DNA of 57,717 nucleotides from an uncultured virus (IMG/VR IMGVR_UViG_3300029319_000009) (taxonomy: Duplodnaviria > Heunggongvirae > Uroviricota > Caudoviricetes), in the IMG/VR virus record IMGVR_UViG_3300029319_000009, one strand, 5' to 3'. The translations under genes and the position numbers were made by a program. This document shows positions 1 to 10,340 of this stretch, in pieces; the first letter of the stretch is position 1, and every line of letters starts with the position of its first letter. The notes under the pieces are model-generated. The model had not been told where the DNA came from. It searched no databases and worked only from the letters and a program-made list of their open reading frames with translations.

Positions 1-2379
1 AATATTAATCAAGAGCCAGGACAAACACTTGGCAATTTGAACGTTAGATTCGGCAGATACCAATTAAACAATCTCACCGTAGGTGATTATACTCATGTGA
101 CTGCTAGTTCTCCAAGAAATACAGTACAATTTGGAGCCAACGATTCTGCTGGCCAAGGTGCTTTTGACGATAATTATTCAATTTGGAATAGCCAAATAAG
201 AGTTATAGCAAAAGACCACTCAATTGTGCCAGAGTATAAAATTTCTGAACATATTGGTGATATTATTGATAACGGTTATGATATATCTAATGACAGTTAT
301 CAATCCTTATCACTAACAGGCAGTCAGACAACAAGCAGTAATGAAATTTTCTTAGAGACATACGCTCACTCTGATGACATTCCAGCAATTGAAATTGTAA
401 GAAACATTCAAGAAAGGGACGCTAAGAGAATCTCAATCAATTTAAGCGCAGCTAAAAAGCTACTACCATATGATGGTTTTTATCCCTCACAAAGAACTTT
501 ACAGTTGTCAACTTTGTTTAGTTCATCAATTGGCCCCAATGTGAGACTAGAAGGGCCAGCAAAAACTTTTCAAACATTAAACAATGTTATATTTTCTAGA
601 TTGACGTATGGTTCAATCAGGGCGGGGGTCGCCATTGATAGTGCCAATTGGATAAGTGGAAGCATAACAAATCCAGCAGACGCAGCAGAGTTAAACACAA
701 GCTCTGCCGATCAAAGATGGAATAGAATCCCCTTTGAGGCTATTATAGATCCAGCAACACACATAAACGCAACTTCCTCAATTATTGAAAATGACTTTGA
801 GAACCATTTTAATTCTACGGCATCTGTTGGATACATTGATCCAAAATATGCTGTGGCAGCATCAAACTTTTATGCTGGCGTGGTGGATACTTTTGTTCAG
901 AACTCAACTTTAACATCGATTAAGAGCAGACCAGCATCAGAATGGACCTTTTCACAGGGCAATTTTGATAACTACTCAATGGACATTGTGGTTTCTAAAG
1001 AACCAAATTTTACAAATCATGATGATCCATCAGCGAATGGTTTCCCATATGCTGTACACTCTTGTTTTTATCAGTCACAAACTTCTTCTCTTACAACTTG
1101 GAATGGTCAGTTCGGATCAGTTTCAAATTCAAGGGTTGAGGGATTAATAGATCCAGCAGCCTCATGGGCTCAAAACGAAGCAATTGTTACATTAAATTTT
1201 GATTATAATTCTTTCAGAGCAGCCGTAACGGAAAGAGATCCCACTTTGAATGATATCTTATACTACTCAACAAAGACATATAAGAACAAGCAAATGGTCG
1301 ACCAGCAATTAGCAGCAACATACGGCTATGGAGAATCATCAATTAATTCAAGCTCCCCATTCATGACTATTGAAGCCGGCGTTGATTTGTTTGCTTCAAA
1401 TAATAAATCGCAGTGGACACCAACTTTAAGATGGGAATGCCCAGTTCACAACTACGTCGGAGTAACAGCAATTAAGTATGATGGAACTGATGGTGGTAAT
1501 GGAAAAGCGGAATCGGACATCAATAGAGGAGTTTGGCATCAGTATTCAACCGATACAAATAGTGGGCTGAAGTTGTTTGTAAGAGGGCCAGAGACAGAGG
1601 TGGCTAGAGCCACTGGATCTTTAGCTCAGGCAGTTGGTTTTGAAACAGAACAAAAGGTTGTAAGCCAAATAGCAACCAGCGCACAATTAAAAGAATACTT
1701 AATTGTTGTACCATTTGTAACTAACGAGTGCGAGGAAGAAACATTCTTCCATTATCCAACAAATGAGTTTGAGAGGGCGTATGCAAACATTGGTAAAGAG
1801 ACTAGAAATACTTTATCAGACATGCTAGCAACGCAAAGAGAATTGATTTTACCACCTAAATTAAACTACATGATGAAAAGAGATTCATCAAATCGCAGGC
1901 TAGAACAGGATGAGTACGGTCCAATTTTACCACCTTTTGCAATGTATATTTTTGAAGTAACTCAAGATTTGGACCAAGAAGACTTGTCAAAATGGTGGCA
2001 GGGTGTTCTGCCAAGTGCCGGAACAAAAGTTTCAATGGAGCAGTTTAACATAGCTCACGAAATTAGAGAGGGTGAAATTATTAGTCCAAGCGTTTTAAAT
2101 AATGACTTGTTTGGTGGTAAGCTACCAAAAGAAATGAGATTTAAAATTTTTAAAGCGAAATACAAGAGAAACTTTACTTACAGCGAAATCAAAAACAAGT
2201 CTATTAATGAAGTAGAGCCTGTCAATTCTATCTTTGGCTATAACTACCCACACGATTTTTATTCCCTAATTGAAATGGCTAAAGTTGATCTTGGTTTGGA
2301 GTACGAAGGTGAGACCAGCCCTGAACCACAAGGCAATTTGCAAAACGCTCTCAATCTTTTGGGAAGTGAGGAAGAATAA
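1..2379 (+). CDS. Large putative virion (tail/baseplate-associated) protein, 5' truncated
   Basis: Frame is open from base 1, so the TTG at 37 is probably not the true start. S/T/N-rich protein lying in a structural gene run. No family recognised. Confidence 0.55.
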   Translation, partial: NINQEPGQTLGNLNVRFGRYQLNNLTVGDYTHVTASSPRNTVQFGANDSAGQGAFDDNYSIWNSQIRVIAKDHSIVPEYKISEHIGDIIDNGYDISNDSYQSLSLTGSQTTSSNEIFLETYAHSDDIPAIEIVRNIQERDAKRISINLSAAKKLLPYDGFYPSQRTLQLSTLFSSSIGPNVRLEGPAKTFQTLNNVIFSRLTYGSIRAGVAIDSANWISGSITNPADAAELNTSSADQRWNRIPFEAIIDPATHINATSSIIENDFENHFNSTASVGYIDPKYAVAASNFYAGVVDTFVQNSTLTSIKSRPASEWTFSQGNFDNYSMDIVVSKEPNFTNHDDPSANGFPYAVHSCFYQSQTSSLTTWNGQFGSVSNSRVEGLIDPAASWAQNEAIVTLNFDYNSFRAAVTERDPTLNDILYYSTKTYKNKQMVDQQLAATYGYGESSINSSSPFMTIEAGVDLFASNNKSQWTPTLRWECPVHNYVGVTAIKYDGTDGGNGKAESDINRGVWHQYSTDTNSGLKLFVRGPETEVARATGSLAQAVGFETEQKVVSQIATSAQLKEYLIVVPFVTNECEEETFFHYPTNEFERAYANIGKETRNTLSDMLATQRELILPPKLNYMMKRDSSNRRLEQDEYGPILPPFAMYIFEVTQDLDQEDLSKWWQGVLPSAGTKVSMEQFNIAHEIREGEIISPSVLNNDLFGGKLPKEMRFKIFKAKYKRNFTYSEIKNKSINEVEPVNSIFGYNYPHDFYSLIEMAKVDLGLEYEGETSPEPQGNLQNALNLLGSEEE

Positions 2380-3212
2380 TGGCTGATATTTTTGACAGAA
2401 AACAAGAAGTATTAGACGTGATTCTGACAAGAAAAGGTCGCGAACTTGTGGCAAAAAATAAGTTTAAGCCAGCTTATTATGACTTTTATGACTCAGACAT
2501 TGTTTATGATGCCGGTAACGAAGAGGTTCAGAACGAATCTTCTACTAGAATTAAAGAAGCTCTTTATCAAAAAGGCACCGTATCAGTAGAAAAAGTTATT
2601 GCAGAGGGGTCTCCATTAGAGAACGACGCAAATGGGTTATTAAAAAATCCAATAGGCACGTACCAAATTGGAACTCAAAATGCCCCAGCTTGGACAATCA
2701 ATTTTGAAGAAACAGGTTACTTAACTGGCAGCTTTTCAACGTCTGAAAGAGAAGTTATAGTGACCGACATAAACAATAAAGTGATATCGTCCTCATCACT
2801 AAATGCTGTTAATACCAACGAGGAGAGAATCCCTCAATTTTATGTTAATGTCAAATATAAATTGTATCAGTTTCAACAAAAATTAAAAAATGGCGGCGTG
2901 AAAACCAGCCTTTACTATGATAATTCAAATGAAGATGTTTTATTGTCAATAGAAGAGGATAATGTCTTTACAACATCGGAAGCGCCAGAGTTTGATGTAG
3001 AATTTTTCTTGATAGAAGATGAAGGTGGCAACTCTAATAATAGTAAGATAATTAAGAAGATGTTTTTTGATAAAGAAAGCTTTGATGACCTTGATTCTAT
3101 TGAAAACTACTTTAACGTTCTTTTTGATGAGGAGGCAAGATTCCAGAACAACTTTAAAAAGAAGGACATTTATAACTTAGTCGGCACAGAAGACGGCGAA
3201 GAGTGTGAATAA
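2379..3212 (+). CDS. Putative tail/baseplate structural protein
   Basis: TAATG overlap with the upstream gene. N-terminus (LDVILTRKGRELVA...F.DSDI.Y) is paralogous to that of 9345..10325. Confidence 0.55.
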   Translation: MADIFDRKQEVLDVILTRKGRELVAKNKFKPAYYDFYDSDIVYDAGNEEVQNESSTRIKEALYQKGTVSVEKVIAEGSPLENDANGLLKNPIGTYQIGTQNAPAWTINFEETGYLTGSFSTSEREVIVTDINNKVISSSSLNAVNTNEERIPQFYVNVKYKLYQFQQKLKNGGVKTSLYYDNSNEDVLLSIEEDNVFTTSEAPEFDVEFFLIEDEGGNSNNSKIIKKMFFDKESFDDLDSIENYFNVLFDEEARFQNNFKKKDIYNLVGTEDGEECE

Positions 3213-3214
3213 AA

Positions 3215-5470
3215 ATGATTGATGTAAGCCAAAACTTTTTTGCTATTAACAATGATGTAACTGTGGAATCAGTTTCTTATGAGCTTTATTCTAATAATGG
3301 ATTTAAAAAGATAATAACATCTTATAGAATAGCCTCTATTCAAAACTTAAATTTATTTTTAAATCTTAAAGTCTCGTTTGGTTTTTCTTTGATTGCACAA
3401 GATGATCTCATTTTTGAGGATAAAAACACTTATTATGTTTCTGATGTTTATGACCCAGTGACTAGTACATTTAATGTAGAAATCGCTTTAGAGGATGAAT
3501 CTGTCACTGATTTATTTGCCTACATCAGAATTTTTGATGAAGAAGATTCAATTAACATTTATGACAAGCTTTATAGAGAAAATTTAATTGATACAAATGT
3601 TTTACTAGTAGAAAATTTTGTAGATTATACCTTGGAAGATGATTCAAGCTACATTAATGATTATAAAGATCCTCGTCAATTGCAGGAAGAGTATATTGAA
3701 AAAAATTATAATAAAATTCAGAACTACTCTTACACAACAAACTTATTCCATTTTTTTAGAAGAGGAAATCAAGTCAATTGCTTCTTTGGTGTTGATGTAG
3801 AGAGTTATGTTAAAGACAAGAATCCTTTAACATTTTTAAATGAAGATCAAGATTTTAACAATTACATTAGAGAAAATAACTCTGTTGAAGAGGTTCAAGG
3901 CTATGTTTATGTAGATAAGCAACATACATTTATTGATTCTATTGAGCTTGAAGTGGGACTACAAAATATATTAGGAAGAGTTTACGGATTTGTATTTGAA
4001 GTGCCAAAAGATTTTGATAGATCTAATCTATATGGCTATGAGGCACAGATAGCATTTAAAGACATTTTAATAGAATATTTAAATGATAATTTACTACCAA
4101 TCTTGAGAACAGAAAACCAATTTTTGAGAGAGTTAGATATTCAAGATACCTTTACAACAATTGAAACAAGACAAATATCAAAAACAATAACAACTTTTGC
4201 CTCTTATTTAGATACAATTGTAGATAATGCAAGCCAAATAATGGCTTTGTTTCAAAGCTCTCCAACTCTAGCATTGAATGATAAGCTAAGAAATATTTTA
4301 TTAGACGTTAATCAAAAGATTTACAACATTTTACTAGATGGTTTGAGCGCTAAGCAAATTTCATCTTCAACAAATGAAACGCTCACAAAAGATTTTGGAT
4401 ATGTTATAAATGCCTCTAGAATTGATTATGGCGTCGAAGTACTTAATCAGGCACAAGATACTAGCTTAATTAATTCTTACACCTTAGACGAGCTTACAGA
4501 GCGTTCTACGCAAGAATTGCAAAAGTACTTTGGTGATCAGCCAACTTCAGTTGAAGTGTCCGGCGAACAAGTCAGTATTGTAAATCAATCCACTTCAGTT
4601 TTATCATCAATTAGTCTGTTTGTCAACGATAGAGAAGAACTAAATAACCAAAAGTCACCAAATAATGAATTTAGTTATGACGAGACTTTAAATTACTTAA
4701 ATTCAATAAACAAAATTATTAATAAAAACATTGATAAGGATCCAATAATTTATCCATCAAAAACAATTGTTGCCTTAAGCGATCAAGAAGTTGCAACAGA
4801 GGATAGAACAATACAAAATAATGGTGCTTTAAATGCTTTAACGATCAATCAAAGTGAGAATCTTAGAAGCGCAAGGTTAACAAACAATTTGTTAGCGATC
4901 AAAGATAACATTATCAAAACGTTTGAAATTCCATCAACTCTTAGAACTGATCTGTGTGCAGATGAGCCATCGATTACTCAACCCTCCGAGGGTGCAACTG
5001 TAAGAAAAGATGTGGACGCACAAAGTTTTTTTGGAAACAGTTTAATCTCTTATGGAGTTTTAAATAAAATAAAAAGCTTAAAAGAAAATGATTTCTATGA
5101 GCCATACCTTAGAATTACTAGCTCAACAAAAGAGGAGTTGGAAAAAGCACCAATTCAAGCTGCTTATTTATTCAACTATTATTCACAAGATAGAGAGGAG
5201 CCTTCGTTTTTACAAAAACAAAATCTTTTAGGAGAGATAACAAATTTTGGCGTTAACTATCACAATTTTAAGTCCCTATTCTCAGTTAAAATCTACATAA
5301 ACGAGGAAAGACAATTTGTATCTTTGGATAGAAGCATCATCGACTCCCTAGGTTCAGGCACAAATTACCTTTGCGTTATTGATCACTACCGAAACATAAA
5401 TTATGGTATGGAAACACCAGAACTATTAAGAACCTCTATTTATAACAAGTACTTTATTTTAACGACATAA
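3215..5470 (+). CDS. Hypothetical protein (751 aa), probably virion-associated
   Basis: Long ORF tightly packed between structural-type genes. No motif recognised. Confidence 0.5.
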   Translation: MIDVSQNFFAINNDVTVESVSYELYSNNGFKKIITSYRIASIQNLNLFLNLKVSFGFSLIAQDDLIFEDKNTYYVSDVYDPVTSTFNVEIALEDESVTDLFAYIRIFDEEDSINIYDKLYRENLIDTNVLLVENFVDYTLEDDSSYINDYKDPRQLQEEYIEKNYNKIQNYSYTTNLFHFFRRGNQVNCFFGVDVESYVKDKNPLTFLNEDQDFNNYIRENNSVEEVQGYVYVDKQHTFIDSIELEVGLQNILGRVYGFVFEVPKDFDRSNLYGYEAQIAFKDILIEYLNDNLLPILRTENQFLRELDIQDTFTTIETRQISKTITTFASYLDTIVDNASQIMALFQSSPTLALNDKLRNILLDVNQKIYNILLDGLSAKQISSSTNETLTKDFGYVINASRIDYGVEVLNQAQDTSLINSYTLDELTERSTQELQKYFGDQPTSVEVSGEQVSIVNQSTSVLSSISLFVNDREELNNQKSPNNEFSYDETLNYLNSINKIINKNIDKDPIIYPSKTIVALSDQEVATEDRTIQNNGALNALTINQSENLRSARLTNNLLAIKDNIIKTFEIPSTLRTDLCADEPSITQPSEGATVRKDVDAQSFFGNSLISYGVLNKIKSLKENDFYEPYLRITSSTKEELEKAPIQAAYLFNYYSQDREEPSFLQKQNLLGEITNFGVNYHNFKSLFSVKIYINEERQFVSLDRSIIDSLGSGTNYLCVIDHYRNINYGMETPELLRTSIYNKYFILTT
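5435..5444 (+). promoter_or_regulatory. Putative late promoter motif variant (TCTATTTATA)
   Basis: Lies shortly upstream of the ATG at 5472 and matches the CTATTTA core recurring before structural genes. Confidence 0.45.
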
Positions 5471-5471
5471 C

Positions 5472-8400
5472 ATGGCTACAAAGTTCAATCCTTTAAAATT
5501 TTATGCTTTTAACAACGTTAAAGTTCTATCAGATCCTAACGACATAGTTTTGTATGCTGATGCTGTTGATCTAAGAAAAAGATTTGAGGCGCTCTTAACA
5601 CAGGTTAAAGCTGGCGAAGATCCAAATTTTGATGACTTGATCAGGCTAATTACTGGTCTTGGTTTTGTTATTGCTCCTGATGAAACGGGTGCTTTATCTA
5701 ATCCTATTCCAATGTTCAATAGGTCAGCGATTTTTAACTCTGACTCGCCAGCCCCTGGTAAAACAATAATCACATTGTTACCAAAAGAAAGAGAAATTAT
5801 TGGTGATTTAATTTACAAATTGTTTAAATCATTTCAACCTTCTAGTAAGATCTTCCAAGATAAAAACTTTTTTATTCCTGATGTAGAACAGTTTGCTGTT
5901 AGTGTGGACGTCATTGGTACAAAGGCAAATGTTTTTGACATTTATAAGAATGACCAGCTTTTTACAAATGGTGAATTAAACCCAGCTAAGACTGAGACAA
6001 GCCTTACTTACGCCTATGCATTTGAAACATTTGAAGTGCAAGGAACTCAAGAGCTTGTATTAAAAGAAGTTGAATTAGCTTCTCCAAATAATGAAAAGTT
6101 TATTGAAGAAGCAAACAATGAAAGCGACTTTAACATTGTTGATAAGCTAAAAAACATTCTTTATGACGGTCAAAATACTGCCGACATAGAGAAAGAAGTC
6201 TTGCAAGGAGGCTCCCTTCAAGACATAGGGGTTGATAAGCTGTACAATGTTGTTACAGTTGAGATTCCAAAATTACAATTTGGATACCAGCAGTCAAACA
6301 TTTTGGATTATGTTTTAGCATCCAGCTTTAATAACTTAAGTGTTGTTAATCCACCATCAACAATTCAGACATTCCTTTCTGCTGGGTCTCTATTTGATAG
6401 TTTGCCTTTTGGTGTTTACCAGCTAAGAGACTTAATCACAGAACTATCTTTCTTAATTTCAATAGCGACACCAGATGAATTAAGTAAAATAACAGGCTAT
6501 GAGTTTAATTTAGATACAGTGCAATTAGCAAAAGCCCAGGCAGAATTTTTATCAACAAACGCAACGAACAAAGATGTAAATTTATCAAAAATAGCAAATT
6601 TTAAAACCCTAGAAGCATTTTTAAAGCAAGTGTCTACAAATGATATCAGCTTATTATCAACTGTTCAAACTCAAACACAGCCTGAGTTTATAAACAAATT
6701 TGTTGATAATCAAGAGAAAGAGATAATCGCACTAGATTCCTATTACCGACTCTTTGAAGGCTTGTTTAATAAAAGAAAGGTGACCAACCCAAACAACATT
6801 CAACCAAAGGCGGGACTAACAAGATTTAATATTTCAGAATTGTTCCAAACCTTTATCAAGGAAGGCGTGGAGGTTGCTCAATTCGGCGGTCAAATAATTC
6901 AAAATGCACCTGAAGCATTCAGTTATGGCGATCGTGAACCAAACCTTTACAGAAACTCTAGATTATCCGGTATTAAAATTGTAAAAAGTACGATTCCTTA
7001 CGATCCTGTAAGTCCTGCTGGTTTTGATGAAAGTGTTATTCAAACTTTTCACCTTTCTACACAGCAGGACACCCAAGATAAGACAATAACACTGTTTGAT
7101 TCACAGGTAATTTACGGCGAAGAGTACTACTACACAGCATTTGGTGTTTACGAGGTTGATGGAAAATTCTACTCTTACGATAATGTTGTAATAAATGCAG
7201 ATGTTTTAAAAGTTGATACTGGTGTTAAGATTACTTCTGACAATCTAATTGAATCTGGTCCAGATAAGGGGTTCTTTGTCAACCCATGCTGCCGAACACA
7301 GAATGTGAGCGATAACCAAAATCTGTTTGACAGACAGGCAGGAACAATTCCTGGTGTAAGTGGAGCAACAGACATTGCCGATGCATTTTTTAATACAAAT
7401 GTTTCAACAGACCTTCAAAAAGCTGACATTTTAGATTTTGTAAATAAGACAATTTCTTTCTCTGCTTTGCTAGCTACTTTCCCAATCCCTGGAATGACAG
7501 ACCCAGCGTCCATTGTTAAACAAGGTAAAGGATTTTTAACACCACCAATTGACACTAGTAATCCAGATAGTTATCCTATTTTAGTAAAATTCTTATTTGA
7601 TCTTTACCTTGCAACAGATAACCCAGCTTTCTTGGGAATACCAGCAAATGGCAACATTTACCAGTCACAATTTGCTTTTGGATTCAAGGGTCCTGGCTCC
7701 CCAACTGACGACTTAGACTACTACACTGGCAATGATGCTGTTAGTAGCTTTTTAAATCAAAAAAGAAGAGAAATGTTTTGCTTCTTGTGTAGAAGAGCCG
7801 GAACTACAAACCCTAGCAACAATCCAACAGCAGCACAAATTATTGAGCAAACACTTAGAAACTCTGGTTATCTTTCAAAGGATTTGAACAAGCCAGAATC
7901 AAAATTTTTAGGTGGTCTTGTAGATTGTAGAAAATTTGGTTACAAGAACCCTGATGGTTTTGGTGGTTTTGTTGCACCAGGGGAAGCAATTGTAAAGCCA
8001 GCAGGGTCAGCAGCATTAAATAACTGTAAAATAACAAAACCAGTTTTCGAGACAACTAGAACTTTTAACTCTATTGAATTTGACACAAATGAGATGGACA
8101 GTAAAACAATCGTTGAAGTCCCATTAGATGATGCCAAAGCTACAATTGTTGGAAGAGTTCCAATGCCTCCAGATGTAACATTCGTACCTTTAGCCGATGT
8201 TGACAATAAAATTCTTATTAGATTCTTGGAAGCTGTCCAAAGTGACGATTTTGAACAACCAATAGATGCAATGCTTTCATTCTTAAATGGCACTACTGTA
8301 ATGAGCAAACTAAAAGAACAGTCTGGCAGCGAAGAGTTTGTTTTGGCAAGATCACAAGGTGACCTGCAAAGCGTTGTAATGTTTAGAAGCGATGTTGAGC

Positions 8401-9272
8401 CAAGTAGCCTCTCTGATTTAATTTTAAATGAAAGTGCTAAAAACGTTTCCATTGATTGGAGCGTGGCTGAGATTTTAGACCCAGTGTTGCCAAATAAAGA
8501 TTACTGGTATGTATTCGCAACAAGAGACTTTACAGGTCTCTATTCTGCTGCAAGTCCGGTGTTTAGATTGAAGCTTGTAAATGATTCAGGTTACACTTAC
8601 GCTGATCTAGAACCTTATGAGTTTGTTGTAAAAGAAGAAAAAACAACAACAAAAACATTCAAAAAATTAATTAAGATTAAGCCGAGTTTTGATGAAACAT
8701 TGGTCAATAATGCAGAACAGGTGGGAACTTTAAAACTGTTTTCAACAATTAAAAAAGGTAAGGCAAAAGGGGCTACCGATGCTCCACCTAAATTTAAAAT
8801 TAGAATTAGGTCAAGGAAGACTAAGAGAGCATTTGATATTAATCTCAAATACACACAAGAAATTCAGCAGGTTTCATCTAAAAAATTACTAAAAGTTATT
8901 GAGAAAAATGCAGAATTGTTAGATACAAAAATAACTGGAGTTAAGACTGTTGCACCATCAGCGACGGCTCCATCTTCCGCAGCCCCAGGTTTCAGCGCGC
9001 CAGGAGGCACAATTGATGCCTTTGAGCCCTCAACAGTAAGCGGACAGCCAACGCCTATCCCTGTGCCAGAAGAATTCACACCAAGTGGGCAACCACCAAC
9101 AACACCAGAACCACTACCAGGGTCACAAACACCAACAGCGGAGTCAAAACCAGTATCAATTTCAGAGACTATAACGCCAGCCGCTGTGCCTGAAACAGCA
9201 GTGCCATCTATCGATGAACCCGTTGAGCAGTCACCAGCAGCACTTATACCACCAGAAATTGAATTACCGTGA
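5472..9272 (+). CDS. Large hypothetical virion protein (1266 aa) with Pro/Thr/Glu-rich C-terminal tail
   Basis: Long ORF. Two beta-rich segments (DSQVIYGEEYYYTAFGV, DPVLPNKDYWYVFATRD) resemble fibronectin-III-type strands. Low-complexity C-terminus. Confidence 0.5.
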   Translation: MATKFNPLKFYAFNNVKVLSDPNDIVLYADAVDLRKRFEALLTQVKAGEDPNFDDLIRLITGLGFVIAPDETGALSNPIPMFNRSAIFNSDSPAPGKTIITLLPKEREIIGDLIYKLFKSFQPSSKIFQDKNFFIPDVEQFAVSVDVIGTKANVFDIYKNDQLFTNGELNPAKTETSLTYAYAFETFEVQGTQELVLKEVELASPNNEKFIEEANNESDFNIVDKLKNILYDGQNTADIEKEVLQGGSLQDIGVDKLYNVVTVEIPKLQFGYQQSNILDYVLASSFNNLSVVNPPSTIQTFLSAGSLFDSLPFGVYQLRDLITELSFLISIATPDELSKITGYEFNLDTVQLAKAQAEFLSTNATNKDVNLSKIANFKTLEAFLKQVSTNDISLLSTVQTQTQPEFINKFVDNQEKEIIALDSYYRLFEGLFNKRKVTNPNNIQPKAGLTRFNISELFQTFIKEGVEVAQFGGQIIQNAPEAFSYGDREPNLYRNSRLSGIKIVKSTIPYDPVSPAGFDESVIQTFHLSTQQDTQDKTITLFDSQVIYGEEYYYTAFGVYEVDGKFYSYDNVVINADVLKVDTGVKITSDNLIESGPDKGFFVNPCCRTQNVSDNQNLFDRQAGTIPGVSGATDIADAFFNTNVSTDLQKADILDFVNKTISFSALLATFPIPGMTDPASIVKQGKGFLTPPIDTSNPDSYPILVKFLFDLYLATDNPAFLGIPANGNIYQSQFAFGFKGPGSPTDDLDYYTGNDAVSSFLNQKRREMFCFLCRRAGTTNPSNNPTAAQIIEQTLRNSGYLSKDLNKPESKFLGGLVDCRKFGYKNPDGFGGFVAPGEAIVKPAGSAALNNCKITKPVFETTRTFNSIEFDTNEMDSKTIVEVPLDDAKATIVGRVPMPPDVTFVPLADVDNKILIRFLEAVQSDDFEQPIDAMLSFLNGTTVMSKLKEQSGSEEFVLARSQGDLQSVVMFRSDVEPSSLSDLILNESAKNVSIDWSVAEILDPVLPNKDYWYVFATRDFTGLYSAASPVFRLKLVNDSGYTYADLEPYEFVVKEEKTTTKTFKKLIKIKPSFDETLVNNAEQVGTLKLFSTIKKGKAKGATDAPPKFKIRIRSRKTKRAFDINLKYTQEIQQVSSKKLLKVIEKNAELLDTKITGVKTVAPSATAPSSAAPGFSAPGGTIDAFEPSTVSGQPTPIPVPEEFTPSGQPPTTPEPLPGSQTPTAESKPVSISETITPAAVPETAVPSIDEPVEQSPAALIPPEIELP

Positions 9273-9285
9273 ATTAAATGACAAA

Positions 9286-9327
9286 ACTATTTAAGATGAA
9301 ATTATTTAAAGCTAAAACACTATTTAT
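9286..9327 (+). promoter_or_regulatory. Two tandem putative late promoter motifs (ACTATTTA at 9286, ACTATTTAT at 9319)
   Basis: Intergenic, followed by the SD AAGGAG and the ATG at 9345. Confidence 0.65.
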
Positions 9328-9344
9328 TTGAAGGAGAGATAAAA

Positions 9345-10325
9345 ATGGCATTTTTAGATAACAGCGGCGACATTCTATTAGATGTTGTTCTAACATCAGA
9401 GGGGCGCAAGCGCTTAGCGGCAGGAACCTTTAGAGCTACAAAGTATGCTTTTGGCGATCAAGAGATTAATTATGGTCTTTATGATGCCACCAATACTAGT
9501 GGATCAGCATACTATGATCTTACTATTTTACAGACACCAATTGAAATTGCCCATACTGATGCCAGCATCTCCTTACAAACAAAGCTATTCACTTTAACAT
9601 CAGTGGACGGTGATCCACAGATTCTTTACCTACCTCAGTTAAAGCTAGATAATGGAATTACAGACGCCGCTTCAGCACTAGCTTCTGGTCGTAATGCATT
9701 TGCTGTTGTTGCTGATGATGCAACATACAGCGCACTTGTCACCGCTGGAAGTAATTCACTACCAACTGGATTTATTGATGGCCGCACAGCGGAACTAGCT
9801 GGTTTGGGTGCAAGAGTTAGAACGCCATTGGGAATTATTGACGCTATTAGTAATAATCCACAACAAGACCCCTATGTCCCTCTTGATCCAAGCCTAGATG
9901 AGAGTAGATACAATGTTACGCTTGACAATAGATTTTTAGCATTGGTCCAGCCAGGAAATCCAGCAGATGGATCCAACGCTAGCATTGTTTCATCTGCTGC
10001 GACATCCAACTTGTTTTCAGGTGACTCTTACTTAAGGGTTTATCCAGTATCTAAGGCTGGTAATTCGACCTTATTTGTGCAAGGCGCAAACGTTAAGCAA
10101 GTTTCAGCTTTTCAGGGTCCAAGCACTACACGAGTGCTCGCATCAACGTTTGTAGTAAACCCAACAAACCAAGATAACATTTTCAGCACTTACAAAGTTG
10201 GTAACGTAGCTAACTACGCTAGCACTGGTGTTGAGATGGAAGTCATCCAAACAAGTGTAAAAGTTGCAACATTTGCTTACGGCTACACAATCACAGTTCC
10301 ACTAGAAGTAATTAGAAAGGTATAA
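9345..10325 (+). CDS. Putative tail/baseplate structural protein
   Basis: Strong SD. N-terminal LTSEGRKRLAAG...YAFGD resembles the start of tail-collar-type domains. Confidence 0.6.
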   Translation: MAFLDNSGDILLDVVLTSEGRKRLAAGTFRATKYAFGDQEINYGLYDATNTSGSAYYDLTILQTPIEIAHTDASISLQTKLFTLTSVDGDPQILYLPQLKLDNGITDAASALASGRNAFAVVADDATYSALVTAGSNSLPTGFIDGRTAELAGLGARVRTPLGIIDAISNNPQQDPYVPLDPSLDESRYNVTLDNRFLALVQPGNPADGSNASIVSSAATSNLFSGDSYLRVYPVSKAGNSTLFVQGANVKQVSAFQGPSTTRVLASTFVVNPTNQDNIFSTYKVGNVANYASTGVEMEVIQTSVKVATFAYGYTITVPLEVIRKV

Positions 10326-10340
10326 AACGGAGTTTAAATA

